Position numbers and translations under genes: made by a program. This document shows positions 41,739 to 52,400 of a stretch of 64,000 nucleotides of DNA, one piece after another. Origin of the DNA: an uncultured Pseudanabaenaceae cyanobacterium (GTDB taxonomy: Bacteria; Cyanobacteriota; Cyanobacteriia; PCC-9006; JAAUQQ01); the NCBI GenBank assembly GCA_937949725.1, contig CALECT010000017.1, positions 13,243-77,242 of the forward strand. Reading direction: 5' to 3'. Below the pieces are notes generated by a model. The model had not been told where the DNA came from and searched no databases. It was given only the letters and a program-made list of their open reading frames with translations. The stretch's first letter is position 1; every line of letters begins with the position of its first letter.

Positions 41739-41810
41739 GGGCGAAGGGCTGTTTTCCCCTACGGTTCAACGAATTGGAACCTGCTGAATCGTAGGGGGAT
41801 CATCCATCAC
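41739..41810. repeat. Degenerate GTAG-type REP-like doublet
   Basis: CCCCTACGGTTCA...TGAATCGTAGGGG inverted pair downstream of hisS. Confidence 0.45.
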
Positions 41811-41849
41811 GTATCGCTCGGAGCAAGCTTAGGCCATGCTGAGGGGCTG

Positions 41850-43133
41850 TTAAGTCGATCGCGCTTGGTCAATTTGCTGGCGCAGTGCATCGGCACTTTG
41901 CAAGAAGCTGTCCTGCTGCCGTTCTTCTTGTTGGCCCGACTTCAGCCACTTGAGCTGGAGGCTGTGGTTCTCAGCTTCGCTGTCGCCCAGGATGATGCAG
42001 GCCACAGCACCGCTGCGATCTGCCCGCTTGAACTGTTTGCCAAAGGCACTACCGCTGAGGTCTAGCTCGGCACCGAAGCCCTGGCGACGCAGGCTTTGGG
42101 CAATCTTCAGGGCCTGAGCTTGGGCCGCATCTCCGCGTGACACAACGTAAAAATCCATCTCCGCGACGGGAGCCTCTCGCAGCTCCTTGAGCAGAATCAT
42201 CAGCCGCTCCATGCCCATGGCCCAGCCCACGGCGGGCGTCGCGGGTCCACCGAGCTGCTCAATTAAGCCATCGTAACGACCACCACCGCAGACTGTTGCC
42301 TGGGCTCCCAGATCTGAGGATTGAATTTCGAAGGCAGTGTGGGTGTAGTAGTCCAGGCCACGCACGAGGCGAGGGTTGAGCTGGTAGCTAATGTCTAGGT
42401 CCGTAAGGGCCTGCCTGACTTGATCGAAGAATGCTTTGGATTCCGGGCTGAGATGATCCTGGAGGTTGGGAGCATCGACTACGATTTCCTGGGTACGTTC
42501 GTTTTTGCTGTCGAGGATTCGCAGGGGATTGCGGGTGAGGCGATCCTGGGAGTCGGCATCTAGCTCATCTTTGTAGGGGGTGAGGTAGGCGACTAGGGCT
42601 TCACGGTAGGCAGCACGATCTGCTTTATCTCCCACGGAATTAAGATCCATGGTCAGATTCGTGAGGCCAATGCTTTTGAGCAGGTCCTGGGCGATCGCAA
42701 TGACTTCTGCATCAGCTCTAGGGTCTTTACTACCCAGAACCTCTGCGCCCAGCTGATGGAATTGACGTTGGCGTCCACCTTGGGGTCGCTCGTAACGAAA
42801 CATTGGCCCGGTATACCAGAGACGCTGGACACCGCCCTGGCCTGCCAGCTTATTTTCGATGTAGGCGCGCACTACACCTGCGGTGTTTTCGGGACGGAGG
42901 GTGATGCTGCGATCGCCTCGGTCCGTAAAGCTATACATCTCTTTGCCCACCACATCGGTGGCTTCGCCGATCCCGCGAGCAAAGAGACCTGTTTCTTCAA
43001 AAATGGGGGTGCGAATTTCCCGATAGGCAGACCGAGCAAATTGCTGTCTCGCTTCTCCTTCGACCCACTGCCAGTAAGCAGCCTCATCAGGGAGGATGTC
43101 TCGCGTTCCTCGCAGTGCTCGAATAGAACCCAT
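41850..43133 (-). CDS. hisS: Histidine--tRNA ligase
   Basis: RGTRDILP, KEMYSF, LRPENTAG, FRYERPQ.GRQRQFHQ, LVRGLDYYT, GGGRYDGL. Confidence 0.97.
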   Translation of the reverse strand: MGSIRALRGTRDILPDEAAYWQWVEGEARQQFARSAYREIRTPIFEETGLFARGIGEATDVVGKEMYSFTDRGDRSITLRPENTAGVVRAYIENKLAGQGGVQRLWYTGPMFRYERPQGGRQRQFHQLGAEVLGSKDPRADAEVIAIAQDLLKSIGLTNLTMDLNSVGDKADRAAYREALVAYLTPYKDELDADSQDRLTRNPLRILDSKNERTQEIVVDAPNLQDHLSPESKAFFDQVRQALTDLDISYQLNPRLVRGLDYYTHTAFEIQSSDLGAQATVCGGGRYDGLIEQLGGPATPAVGWAMGMERLMILLKELREAPVAEMDFYVVSRGDAAQAQALKIAQSLRRQGFGAELDLSGSAFGKQFKRADRSGAVACIILGDSEAENHSLQLKWLKSGQQEERQQDSFLQSADALRQQIDQARST

Positions 43134-43300
43134 AGTGCTGTTTTCGGTATCCCGTAATCCTAAGTGGCAGTTTGCTTTTGCCATGCAGTCGTCTCAATGA
43201 AAGCCTTTACATCGGTTCTCAAGACATTGCAAAAATTGCCAAAGCTTTTCTAGGCTACCGCTAGATCGACGCTTGTGATGAGCTCAGAGATTAGAAGGGG

Positions 43301-43591
43301 TTAACTGCCAGTGCTGGTTGCCGGAGGTTCAATGCTGGGCATGGGCAAAGTGCAACAGTTCACCTGGTCGAGACAGACCTTGCCCCATTCCAACGCCCAG
43401 CGAACAAGGGCGACACGATTCCCTGTTTCTGTCTTCTGCAAAATATTGCTGATGTGGTTGTCCACAGTCCGCTTGCTGATCTCCAACTGGCTGGCGATTT
43501 CCTGATTGGTTAGTCCTGAAGCCACAAGTTCAACAATCTGAAGCTCGCGGTCAGATAGCGCTGTCGGTGTCTTAATTTCACGCTCAGCCAT
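43301..43591 (-). CDS. pedR: Small LuxR-type redox regulator PedR
   Basis: Stand-alone LuxR HTH (LSDRELQIV..GLTNQEIA..ISKRTVDNH) with the C-terminal WGKVCLDQVNCC cysteine motif. Confidence 0.88.
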   Translation of the reverse strand: MAEREIKTPTALSDRELQIVELVASGLTNQEIASQLEISKRTVDNHISNILQKTETGNRVALVRWALEWGKVCLDQVNCCTLPMPSIEPPATSTGS

Positions 43592-44149
43592 AGGTTGGTT
43601 CACCCCAGTATTTGTACTTACTGTGCTCCCATTGTAGAAAGGAATGTCAAGAAAGTCGCAAAAACGTTAGCTCTAGCGACAAAAAAGCAGACTTTTTAAG
43701 AAAATTCCTCCTCTTGTTCTGGAAATATGAAGCTTTTCTGACGCGGGATCAATGACTAGCTTGTTTGGACAACTTTACGCCTGGTGACGCCCTTCTTGCG
43801 TTGCAATTGGGTCGTCGTTAACTTGATCCCCTGACGGATTGCGTCTAGACTCCATTGCAATTTTTTGTGGTTCACAGGTGTTTGGGGAAATTTCTGCTTG
43901 AATGGTGCTGGCTTGGAGTTTTACATTCCGCTGTAACCCCATCTTTTGACGCCTCAAGCTACAAGTTATTTTGGCTCAGTTGTCTCTTACATCAGAGGCT
44001 TTCTAGTCGATGAATTTTGATCGGTTGCCTCAATCTGTGGGTAACCGGATGAATCAATAGGGTGATTCTGTTGGAAGCTAGCCTCTCTGCTCCTCGGAGG
44101 GGATGGTTCCATTCAACTTCTCCAACTTCTCTTCATTTAATAGAGCTAT

Positions 44150-45109
44150 ATGGCAAGTCCCCGCGTGATCTGTGTCGGTGAAGCATTGTTGGATCGAGTC
44201 ATGATGACTAGCAACACTGGTGCATCGGCTTACCCCGGTGGTGCTCCGGCAAATGTGGCTTGTGGATTGTCTAGGTTAGGGACATCCTCGGCTTTGGTGA
44301 GCTGCCTAGGGCAGGATGAACCGGGGCAACAACTCTTGGCACAGCTAGATCAATCGGGTGTTGATGTAAGCGCAGTTTCTCGCAATGGCTCTGCTCCGAC
44401 ACGCATTGTGGAATTGGAGTTAGACGCTGGAGAACGAAAGTTCCTGGGCTTTGGTGGGACAAAAGCGGATGGCTTTGCCGACGCTAAGCTTCAGGCGAGT
44501 GATTTGCCAGAAGCTCTTTTTCTGGGAGCAGATTACTTGGTGCTCGGCAGCAATGCCTTGGCCTATCCAGATTCTGCGGCGGCATTGCAACGGGCAATTG
44601 AGCTGGCCAATGATTATTTTCTTAGAATTGTTCTGGATGTGAATTGGCGGCCGATGTTTTGGCCGGATCCTGAGGCGGCGAAGTCCCAGGTAGAGGCTTT
44701 GGCTCAACAAGTGGATTTTCTCAAGCTGTCCAAGAGTGATGCTCAGTGGCTCTATGGCAAAACGGATGCCAGTCGGATTTTGGGCCAGGTGGATCAGTTA
44801 GAAGCGATCTTTGTCACCTCTGGCGCTGAGGGAGCGAGCTATGCCTTCGCCGCTGGCCCCCAGGGACATATCCCAGCTTTTTGCATGGCGGTGCAAGATA
44901 CAACGGGCGCCGGAGATGCATTTGTCGCGGGGCTGATTCACCAACTGGCGGCCCACAGCTTGCAGGAGCTGGGGAATGAGAGCTTTGTTGCTGATGCGGT
45001 TCGCTATGCCAATGCAGCGGGTAGCTTGGCAACGACGGGGCTGGGGGCGATCGCTCCCCAGGCTAGCGATGCAGAAATTCAGGCCTTCTTGGTGGGCCGA
45101 ACTGAATAG
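44150..45109 (+). CDS. PfkB-family carbohydrate kinase (fructokinase-like)
   Basis: GEALLD, PGGAPANVA, DVNWRP, DTTGAGDAF. Confidence 0.92.
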   Translation: MASPRVICVGEALLDRVMMTSNTGASAYPGGAPANVACGLSRLGTSSALVSCLGQDEPGQQLLAQLDQSGVDVSAVSRNGSAPTRIVELELDAGERKFLGFGGTKADGFADAKLQASDLPEALFLGADYLVLGSNALAYPDSAAALQRAIELANDYFLRIVLDVNWRPMFWPDPEAAKSQVEALAQQVDFLKLSKSDAQWLYGKTDASRILGQVDQLEAIFVTSGAEGASYAFAAGPQGHIPAFCMAVQDTTGAGDAFVAGLIHQLAAHSLQELGNESFVADAVRYANAAGSLATTGLGAIAPQASDAEIQAFLVGRTE

Positions 45110-45129
45110 TCAGGGACGTTGGTTAAACG

Positions 45130-45597
45130 ATGGGTAAAGAAATCGAACGGAAGTTCCTCCTCGCCAATGACGGGTGGCGTGGCCTGGTGGAAGGTGTCTC
45201 CTATTGCCAGGGCTATATTGCCACTCGCAACCACCGCACTGTGAGGGTTCGTATTGCAGGGCCTAAGGGATTTTTAACCCTTAAGGGACCCGTCCAGGGC
45301 CTGAGCCGGCCGGAGTTTGAATATGAGATTCCGGTGGATGAGGCACGGGATATTTTGGAGACTTTGTGCGATCGCCCCTTCGTTGCCAAGACTCGCTACA
45401 AGATTCCGGTGGGGGAGTTCATCTGGGAAGTCGATGAGTTCGAGGAAGAGAATGCGGGGTTGATTCTGGCGGAGGTGGAGCTGAGTTCTGAGGAGCAGGC
45501 GTTTGAGCTGCCGGATTGGATTGGTCGGGAGGTGACGGGCGATCGCCGCTATTACAACTCTTACTTGGTGCAAAATCCTTTCCAGAGCTGGAGCTGA
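45130..45597 (+). CDS. CYTH domain protein (triphosphate tunnel metalloenzyme)
   Basis: EIERKFL, VRVR, EFEYEI, WEVDEF, AEVEL. Confidence 0.92.
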   Translation: MGKEIERKFLLANDGWRGLVEGVSYCQGYIATRNHRTVRVRIAGPKGFLTLKGPVQGLSRPEFEYEIPVDEARDILETLCDRPFVAKTRYKIPVGEFIWEVDEFEEENAGLILAEVELSSEEQAFELPDWIGREVTGDRRYYNSYLVQNPFQSWS

Positions 45598-45643
45598 AAC
45601 CTTGGGAAATCCATTTTTTAAGAGATCAGATTTCTGCTGGAGC

Positions 45644-46138
45644 CTAAGCTAGGACCGATGTCTTTTGGCTATCCATATCTAGAGCCTCTGCGATCGCCAG
45701 CATCAAATCTGTAAACCGCCCATGCCAGATACCAGGCTCCTGCCCGCCCGCTCGCCATTCCAGCACTGGCGAAGATTCCTTGGGGCTATCGCTGCCCTTG
45801 AGGCAAACAACAATGCCGCCTTCTTCATGGAGCTTGAGCACGGGAAAAAGGTGGGGGTCAAAATTCTGACCGCTCTCACACATGCTCTGATAGAGGGCTA
45901 ACGCCTCATCCAGGGAGTAAATACCAGCCAAATAGGAGATTTCTAGGGAGCCCCCATTGCGCCACTCATAAAGCTCGTAGAATTCTTGGGGCAGGGCAAA
46001 GGGAAAGTTGCGAATTTTGCGTTCGATATCCGCACGACTTAATCCCGGATCCAGGCCCTGAAGGTGGAGGGCAAGCCGGGAGCTACCATTTTTGACGCCG
46101 TCTGATATTCGCTCTAGGGTGCTCGAAAGTTCTGACAT
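45644..46138 (-). CDS. SMI1/KNR4 (SUKH) family protein
   Basis: PGLSRADIE....PFALPQEFYELYEWRNG..YSLDEAL..LFPV. Confidence 0.75.
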   Translation of the reverse strand: MSELSSTLERISDGVKNGSSRLALHLQGLDPGLSRADIERKIRNFPFALPQEFYELYEWRNGGSLEISYLAGIYSLDEALALYQSMCESGQNFDPHLFPVLKLHEEGGIVVCLKGSDSPKESSPVLEWRAGGQEPGIWHGRFTDLMLAIAEALDMDSQKTSVLA

Positions 46139-46342
46139 GAATGGAACTCCACCGGAGGAAATGCCCGTTTAATCGCTGGAAAGCTATAACGAGACGATAT
46201 CTTTGTACGGTCCTGACTGTTAGTCAACTTTACGGGTTGCAGGCCTGCATTGTTGTGATCTAATCGACTCTTATTAGAAATATCCGCATAAAGACGGTCG
46301 TTAAAGAAGAAAGGGTAAAGCGTTGGGAAAGAAAATAGAGCA

Positions 46343-46388
46343 CGCCCTAGGCCCTATCCAGACAGTTTTGTGGATAGGGCCTAGGGCG
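46343..46388 (-). terminator. 18-bp stem hairpin after leuD
   Basis: CGCCCTAGGCCCTATCCA-N10-TGGATAGGGCCTAGGGCG. Confidence 0.7.
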
Positions 46389-46412
46389 CTGAAACGTTGC
46401 TGGAAGGGCTAG

Positions 46413-47021
46413 CTATGCTGCCGCCCCCCAGCCCACGTAGGGCAATTTCTCAACGGTTTTAGCAATGGAATCTGCCTGGGCGACGAGTTGGCCACAGGCA
46501 TCCCAGGTGCCGCCGGTCAGCATCTGCTGGGGACCATCGTCCAGGGTTAGCGCGGCAGAGAAGTCATCGCAAGTCACCTGGCGGTTGGTTACATCCACTT
46601 CGATCTCGACAATGGGGTCAGCCTGAACCTTGGCCTGGAGGGTCGCGAGGGTTTTGCTGTCGGCCACGAGGCAGGGAATGCCCATGGCTAGGCAGTTGCC
46701 AAAGAAGATCTCGGCAAAGCTTTCGCCAATGATGGCTTGGATGCCCCAGCGGGCGATCGCCTGGGGGGCATGTTCCCGGCTGGAACCGCAGCCAAAGTTG
46801 CGATTCACGAGTAGAACCTTGGCTTCTTGGTACTGGGGTTGATCAAAGGCATGTTTACCTTCTAATTGACTGCGATCGTCTGCAAAGACATGCTCGCCTA
46901 GGCCATCAAAGGTGACGCATTTAAGAAAGCGAGCGGGGATAATGCGATCCGTATCTATATCGTTACCGATGAGGGGAAGGGCGTTGCCCTGAATGGAGGT
47001 GATTTTGGAATTGCTACTCAT
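46413..47021 (-). CDS. leuD: 3-isopropylmalate dehydratase small subunit
   Basis: DIDTDRIIPARFLK, NFGCGSSREHAP, SFAEIFFGN. Confidence 0.96.
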   Translation of the reverse strand: MSSNSKITSIQGNALPLIGNDIDTDRIIPARFLKCVTFDGLGEHVFADDRSQLEGKHAFDQPQYQEAKVLLVNRNFGCGSSREHAPQAIARWGIQAIIGESFAEIFFGNCLAMGIPCLVADSKTLATLQAKVQADPIVEIEVDVTNRQVTCDDFSAALTLDDGPQQMLTGGTWDACGQLVAQADSIAKTVEKLPYVGWGAAA

Positions 47022-47166
47022 GGTTGGGGGATGTTGTGAGTGGAAAAAGAAAATTGGGTGACAGATTTCACTGCGAGCAAAAAGAATGAAAAGCCTTTGA
47101 AGTAAGCGATTCCATCGGCTACCTGGGAATCCTAGGACTATCTAATTTGCCTAAGAGACTGCTGCC

Positions 47167-47517
47167 ATGGCTTCGGATCAAAATAACTGGTTAGAGATTA
47201 TTGTTGGCCTGATTGCCGGGCATTTCGTTAGCCGCATTGTGTGGGGGCTGCTGATTTGGATTGTCAGCTTGAGCAATCACACTTCGCCAGCTGGTTTCTT
47301 ATTCCTCTATGGCGTGTCAGTGGTTTGTGCCTTTCTGGCTTGGGGCTTGGGCTATGTGGGCGTGTATGCCTTTGCGCCTAAATGCGCCAAGATTTCGGCG
47401 GCATTGTCGGGCATGGTGGGCATTTACGTTGCGCTGGCTCTGTTCTTCCATGGCTTCTTTGGCTGGGGACGCTGGTTTTACCAGAGTGCTAGCCCTTGGC
47501 CTGGTTTTCTGCTGTAA
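47167..47517 (+). CDS. Small hypothetical membrane protein (about 3 TM) between leuC and leuD
   Basis: 116-aa hydrophobic ORF with ATG, filling the leuC-leuD gap, followed by a hairpin and T-run. Confidence 0.6.
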   Translation: MASDQNNWLEIIVGLIAGHFVSRIVWGLLIWIVSLSNHTSPAGFLFLYGVSVVCAFLAWGLGYVGVYAFAPKCAKISAALSGMVGIYVALALFFHGFFGWGRWFYQSASPWPGFLL

Positions 47518-47554
47518 GGCTGTTGAATCAGCATCACAATAGAGTTTCGCCAAC

Positions 47555-47627
47555 GTAGGGGCGAAGCATTGGGTTGAGAGATAACGGGAATGACCGTTGG
47601 GCTCAAGCCGAATGCTTCGCTCTTTTT
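47555..47627 (+). repeat. GTAG-type REP-like long hairpin / terminator
   Basis: GTAGGGGCGAAGCATT..TTGAG...CTCAA..AATGCTTCGCTC-TTTTT. Confidence 0.6.
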
Positions 47628-47669
47628 GCTGTTTAGCCGCCCGACCCAGGTTGCTCAGCGGGACAGCAC

Positions 47670-49073
47670 TTAAAGCAGCTCCCGCACGTCGGAAACCTTA
47701 CCTGCGATCGCAGCAGCAGCCACCATGGCCGGGCTCATCAACAGCGTCCGCCCAGAAGCAGACCCCTGGCGACCCTTGAAGTTGCGATTGGAAGACGAGG
47801 CGCTGATTTGGCGACCCTGGAGCTTGTCGGGGTTCATGGCCAGGCACATGGAACAGCCCGCCTCGCGCCATTCAAAGCCCGCCGCCTCAAAGATTTTGTC
47901 CAACCCTTCCGCCTCGGCCTCCTTCTTTACCCGCTCGGAGCCGGGCACCACGAAGGCTTTGATGCCGTTAGCCACCTGGCGACCCTGGGCGACTTTTGCC
48001 GCTTCTTGTAAATCGCTCAGGCGACCGTTGGTGCAGCTGCCAATGAAGCAGACATCCACGGGGGTGCCTTGGATGGCGGTGCCAGGGGCTAGATCCATAT
48101 AGGCATAGGCTTCTTGGATCAGGGGTTGATCGGCTTCAGCAAAGCTATCGGCGGTGGGAACGGCTTCGCTGACGCCAATGCCCTGGTCCGGGGTAATGCC
48201 CCAGGTGATAGTGGGCTCGATGTCGGCGGCGTCAAACTTCACCACGTCGTCATAGTCAGCATCGGCATCGCTCCGCAGGCTGGTCCACCAGTCCACGGCT
48301 TTATTCCAGTCATCGCCCTTGGGGGCAAAGTCGCGACCTTCTAAATAATTAAAGGTGACCTGGTCAGGATTGACATAGCCGCAGCGTGCGCCGCCTTCGA
48401 TCGCCATGTTGCACACGGTCATGCGCTCTTCCATGGACATGGCTTCGAAGGTGCTGCCTGCGTATTCATAGGCATAGCCGACGCCGCCCTTCACGCCCAG
48501 CTTACGAATCAAATGCAGCACCACGTCCTTGGCATAGACGCCGGGCTTGAGCTTGCCGTTGACTTCCACGCGGCGGACCTTGAGCTTTCCTAGGGCTAGG
48601 GTTTGGGAGGCCAATACGTCCCGCACTTGGCTGGTGCCGATGCCAAAGGAAATGGCACCAAATGCGCCGTGGGTGGAGGTGTGGCTGTCACCGCAGGCGA
48701 TGGTCATGCCGGGCTGGGTCAGGCCTTGCTCCGGGGCAATCACATGGACAATGCCCTGGCTGCCGCTGCCGATGTTGTAGAAGCGGATGTCGTTGTCTTT
48801 GCAGTTCTTTTCCAGGTTTTGGATCATCTCTTCCGCCAGGGTATCGGCGAAGGGACGAGCCTGGTTTTCCGTGGGGACAATGTGGTCCACGGTGGCGACG
48901 GTGCGCTGGGGATACATGACCGATAGGCCCCGCTCTCGCAGCATGGCAAAGGCTTGGGGGCTGGTGACTTCGTGGATTAGGTGTAGGCCAATGAAGAGTT
49001 GGGTTTGGCCGGAAGGTAGCGTTCCGACGGTGTGGAGATCCCACACTTTGTCGAAGAGGGTGCCTTTGCTCAT
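47670..49073 (-). CDS. leuC: 3-isopropylmalate dehydratase large subunit
   Basis: [43 protein letters not shown]. Confidence 0.97.
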   Translation of the reverse strand: MSKGTLFDKVWDLHTVGTLPSGQTQLFIGLHLIHEVTSPQAFAMLRERGLSVMYPQRTVATVDHIVPTENQARPFADTLAEEMIQNLEKNCKDNDIRFYNIGSGSQGIVHVIAPEQGLTQPGMTIACGDSHTSTHGAFGAISFGIGTSQVRDVLASQTLALGKLKVRRVEVNGKLKPGVYAKDVVLHLIRKLGVKGGVGYAYEYAGSTFEAMSMEERMTVCNMAIEGGARCGYVNPDQVTFNYLEGRDFAPKGDDWNKAVDWWTSLRSDADADYDDVVKFDAADIEPTITWGITPDQGIGVSEAVPTADSFAEADQPLIQEAYAYMDLAPGTAIQGTPVDVCFIGSCTNGRLSDLQEAAKVAQGRQVANGIKAFVVPGSERVKKEAEAEGLDKIFEAAGFEWREAGCSMCLAMNPDKLQGRQISASSSNRNFKGRQGSASGRTLLMSPAMVAAAAIAGKVSDVRELL

Positions 49074-49200
49074 GGTTGCTCCTGGGCGATCGCGCTAGCC
49101 GCTGGGGTTGAGGTCAGCGGGTGAGTTGAGGTCAACGGATGACTGTATTGATCATGGTTGAGCCTGCGAAAGATGTCCAATATATGATTCTGCTTAGATT

Positions 49201-49217
49201 AATACTTTAAAAGTATT
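49201..49217. promoter_or_regulatory. LysR-type operator (T-N11-A palindrome) upstream of leuC
   Basis: AATACTTT-A-AAAGTATT perfect dyad, about 130 bp upstream of the leuC start. Confidence 0.55.
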
Positions 49218-49438
49218 TATGAGTTGGCTAGAGAAGTCATGGTGGGTGAGTTAGCAGAAGTCTAGAGAATTGGAGAAAGAGAGGCTGTGTTGCTCTGATA
49301 GCCAGAAAATTGACGAAAACCTTAAAATTTTAATGTCGAATATACGCATGGTTTCAAACAGCGCTTGGTGAACCATAGATATTGAGTGTCAGGGCCGATT
49401 GCAATCTACCGCTTCTTGCAATCGAGGACTTTCGTCCT

Positions 49439-52400
49439 ATGGCCGCAGCTTTTTCAACCACTGGAAAGACCTTGGCATTTTTGCCGCTTTTGGGTGTTGC
49501 GTCGCCTTTTGCCCAGGCGGCTGAAGTTCCCTTTCCCAGTCTTTCCCCCTTTCCCAATCAGCCTGACCCCATGGTGAGTGGGTCACAGGTTGGGCAAACT
49601 GCTGCAATCGCATCCCCCATTACACCGCTTGCAGACAGTATGTCTGTGGAAGCCAGCAGTCCTCAGTTTGTCGCCCAAGTACTGCCGACGGATGGCGCGA
49701 CCCAGACCCAAGTTTTGGTGGATGCTGGGGGGGACCAATTTGAGATTAGGGGCGGGGCCCAGGCGGGGGAAAACCTGTTCCACCGTTTTGATCAGCTTGA
49801 TCTAGAGGCGGGGCAGACTGCCAATTTCCAAACCCCTGCGGGACTCGAAGCAGTCTTTAGTCAGGTGGGTGGAGGTCCTTCCAGCATTGATGGCACGCTC
49901 AAAGTGAGCGGCAGCTCAGCGGATCTCTTTTTGCTCAACCCTAATGGCGTTGTCTTTGGTCCCAATGCGCAGCTGGACTTGAATGGTTCTTTCACTGCGA
50001 CTACTGCGGATCGTATCCAGGTTGGTGACCAGTGGGTTGACCTCTTGGAAGAAGGGGTCACCGCTCAAACAGCGGTGGCGGGCTCGGTGGAGGCTTTGGA
50101 GTTTTCTGCGGATGCAGCAGGGGGGGCGATCGCCAACCAAGGCCAGCTCGCTGTCACGGATGGTCAGTCCCTGGGATTGCTTGGCAATGCGGTAGTCAAT
50201 ACGGGCTCGCTGTCAGCCCCTGGCGGAGAGGTCACTGTGTTGTCTGCCAGTGGCGGTCAGCGGGTGAGTCTTGAGGGAGGCCTGCTAAATCTTGAGTTGC
50301 CTGGGGCTCAGGCTGGCTCTAGCCCAAGGCATAGTCTCCCCGCTGTTGTGGCTCAACCCGTGGCTGAAGCCACTGGCCTGAGCTTAAATGCCGACGGGTC
50401 TGTTTCCCTGCAAGCAGGCACTAGTGTTTTATCTGGAACAGTGGATGTGTCTTCCGCTGAAGCCGTTGGTGGCCAGGTCAAAGTCTTGGGGAATGAAGTC
50501 CAGGTCACGAATGCAGTTGTTGATGCATCTGGCGCGGCTGGTGGTGACATTCATGTGGGTGGAGATTACCAGGGACGCGGGGAGATGCTCCGTGCTGTCT
50601 CGACTCGGCTAAATGCTGCCTCGGTTCTACGAGCCGATGGTATAGCTTCAAACTCGGACATTCGTCCCGATGGCGGAGAGGTTATTGTTTGGTCCGATGG
50701 CACTGCTGAGTTTGCTGGAACGGCTACGGCACGTTCATTGGCTCCCGGTGGAGACGGTGGCCTGGTGGAGACCTCTGGCAAACAGCAGTTAAATATTGTC
50801 TCTACAACTAATGTAAATACAGCTTCGGTGGATGGTGCAACGGGGCGGTGGCTGATTGACCCGTTGGACCTGACGGTTGTGAATGGTGGTGGAGTTGGAA
50901 CCATTACTGGTGGCGCAAATGATCCTTTGTCTAGCACGATTGATGCTGCCACTGTAGAAACGGCTCTGGATGGAAATAATGTTCAGCTGCAGGCAACTAA
51001 TTCCATTACGGTGGATGCTCCCATTGATGCCTCCACGAATATCAGCGGTGGCAACCTGGGGCTGGATGCTCCAACGCTGAATTTGAATGAGCGAGTGACT
51101 CTAGTTTCAGGAAGTCAACTTTCTGGGACTGCTAACACGGTCAATGTGGGTGCCAATGGCAGCATCCAGAATGCTGTGGATGCTGCGGTTTCAGGTGGAA
51201 CTGTGAATCTTGCCGCTGCTACCTATCGAGAAGGTAGTGAGATTATTGTTGATAAACAAATCCGCTTACAGGGCCAAGGTACAGCGAGTACAACGATTAG
51301 CGGTGATGCCAATGGTGATGGCAATGCTGCTGGCAATCGCGCAGATAATCATCGCATTCTGCACTTAGATAGCAGTGCAGATGGTACGACTCTATCCGGC
51401 ATAACTTTTAGCGATGGCATCACCAGCTCGGGGGGGGGAGGAATCGAGAATGATGCCGATAATGTCACCATCGAAAATAGTGTTTTTTCCAATAACCGAG
51501 TATTGGGTAGTGGAGAGGATGGGGGAGCAATCCATACCCATGGTGATGGCCTAAGAATTGACAATACCCTCTTTACAATCAACGTGGCAGAAGATGATGG
51601 TGGGGCGATTGATATCGGAAATGGTTCCGTAGAAATCAGCAATAGCATCTTTGCTGATAATGGTGCACTTAATGGTGATGGTGGAGCTATTGATATTGAC
51701 CCGAATGGTTCCTTAACTATCGCTGCTAGTCGTTTTGAATCTAATACTGCAGTGGGCGATGGTGGAGCAATTTATAGTGAGGGGAGGCTGCAAATTGACC
51801 AGACTGAGTTTGATGGAAATTTGGCGGTTGACGAAGGCGGAGGAATTGCTCTCGCTCAATCCTCAGATGCCACTATTGAAGACTCTCGCTTCATTAGCAA
51901 TTCAGCGACTCGTGGGGGAGGGATTGTTGCTCTGGGTAATGCTGCTAGCAGCCTCACGATTACTAATAGTGAATTTGAGCTGAATACAGCGACGACTTCA
52001 GCCGCTGGAGATGGAGGTGCAGTTCAGATTGCGTCTAGTGGTAGCATCACTATCCAAGATTCTGAGTTTCGCAATAATGAAGCCCAAGATGATGGAGGTG
52101 CGATTGAGATTTTTCAGGGTGCTTTGACGCTCCGCGACAATGCTTTTTCAAATAACCGTGCGGCGGATGGTCACGGAGGAGCACTTGATATAGATTCTCC
52201 TGCTAGCGTCATTGCTTCGGGTAATACTTTCACATTCAATGAAGCACCACTGGGAGGAGCGATCGCCAATGATGGCTCCATCAGCATTACCAATGATCTC
52301 TTCCAAAACAATGTTGCCTCAGTTGATGGAGGAGCAATTTACCAGAAAGCCGATGGGATTGCGCAAATCTCAACAGCTGAGTTCACGGGGAATACTGCAG

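Noticed and set aside
43608..43621. NtcA site (GTA-N8-TAC) upstream of pedR
   Set aside because: Matches only the 6-bp core with non-consensus flanks. Many such matches are expected by chance in 64 kb.
49219..49254. Trp-rich leader peptide MSWLEKSWWVS (attenuator)
   Set aside because: No terminator/antiterminator hairpins follow, and the downstream gene is unrelated to tryptophan.
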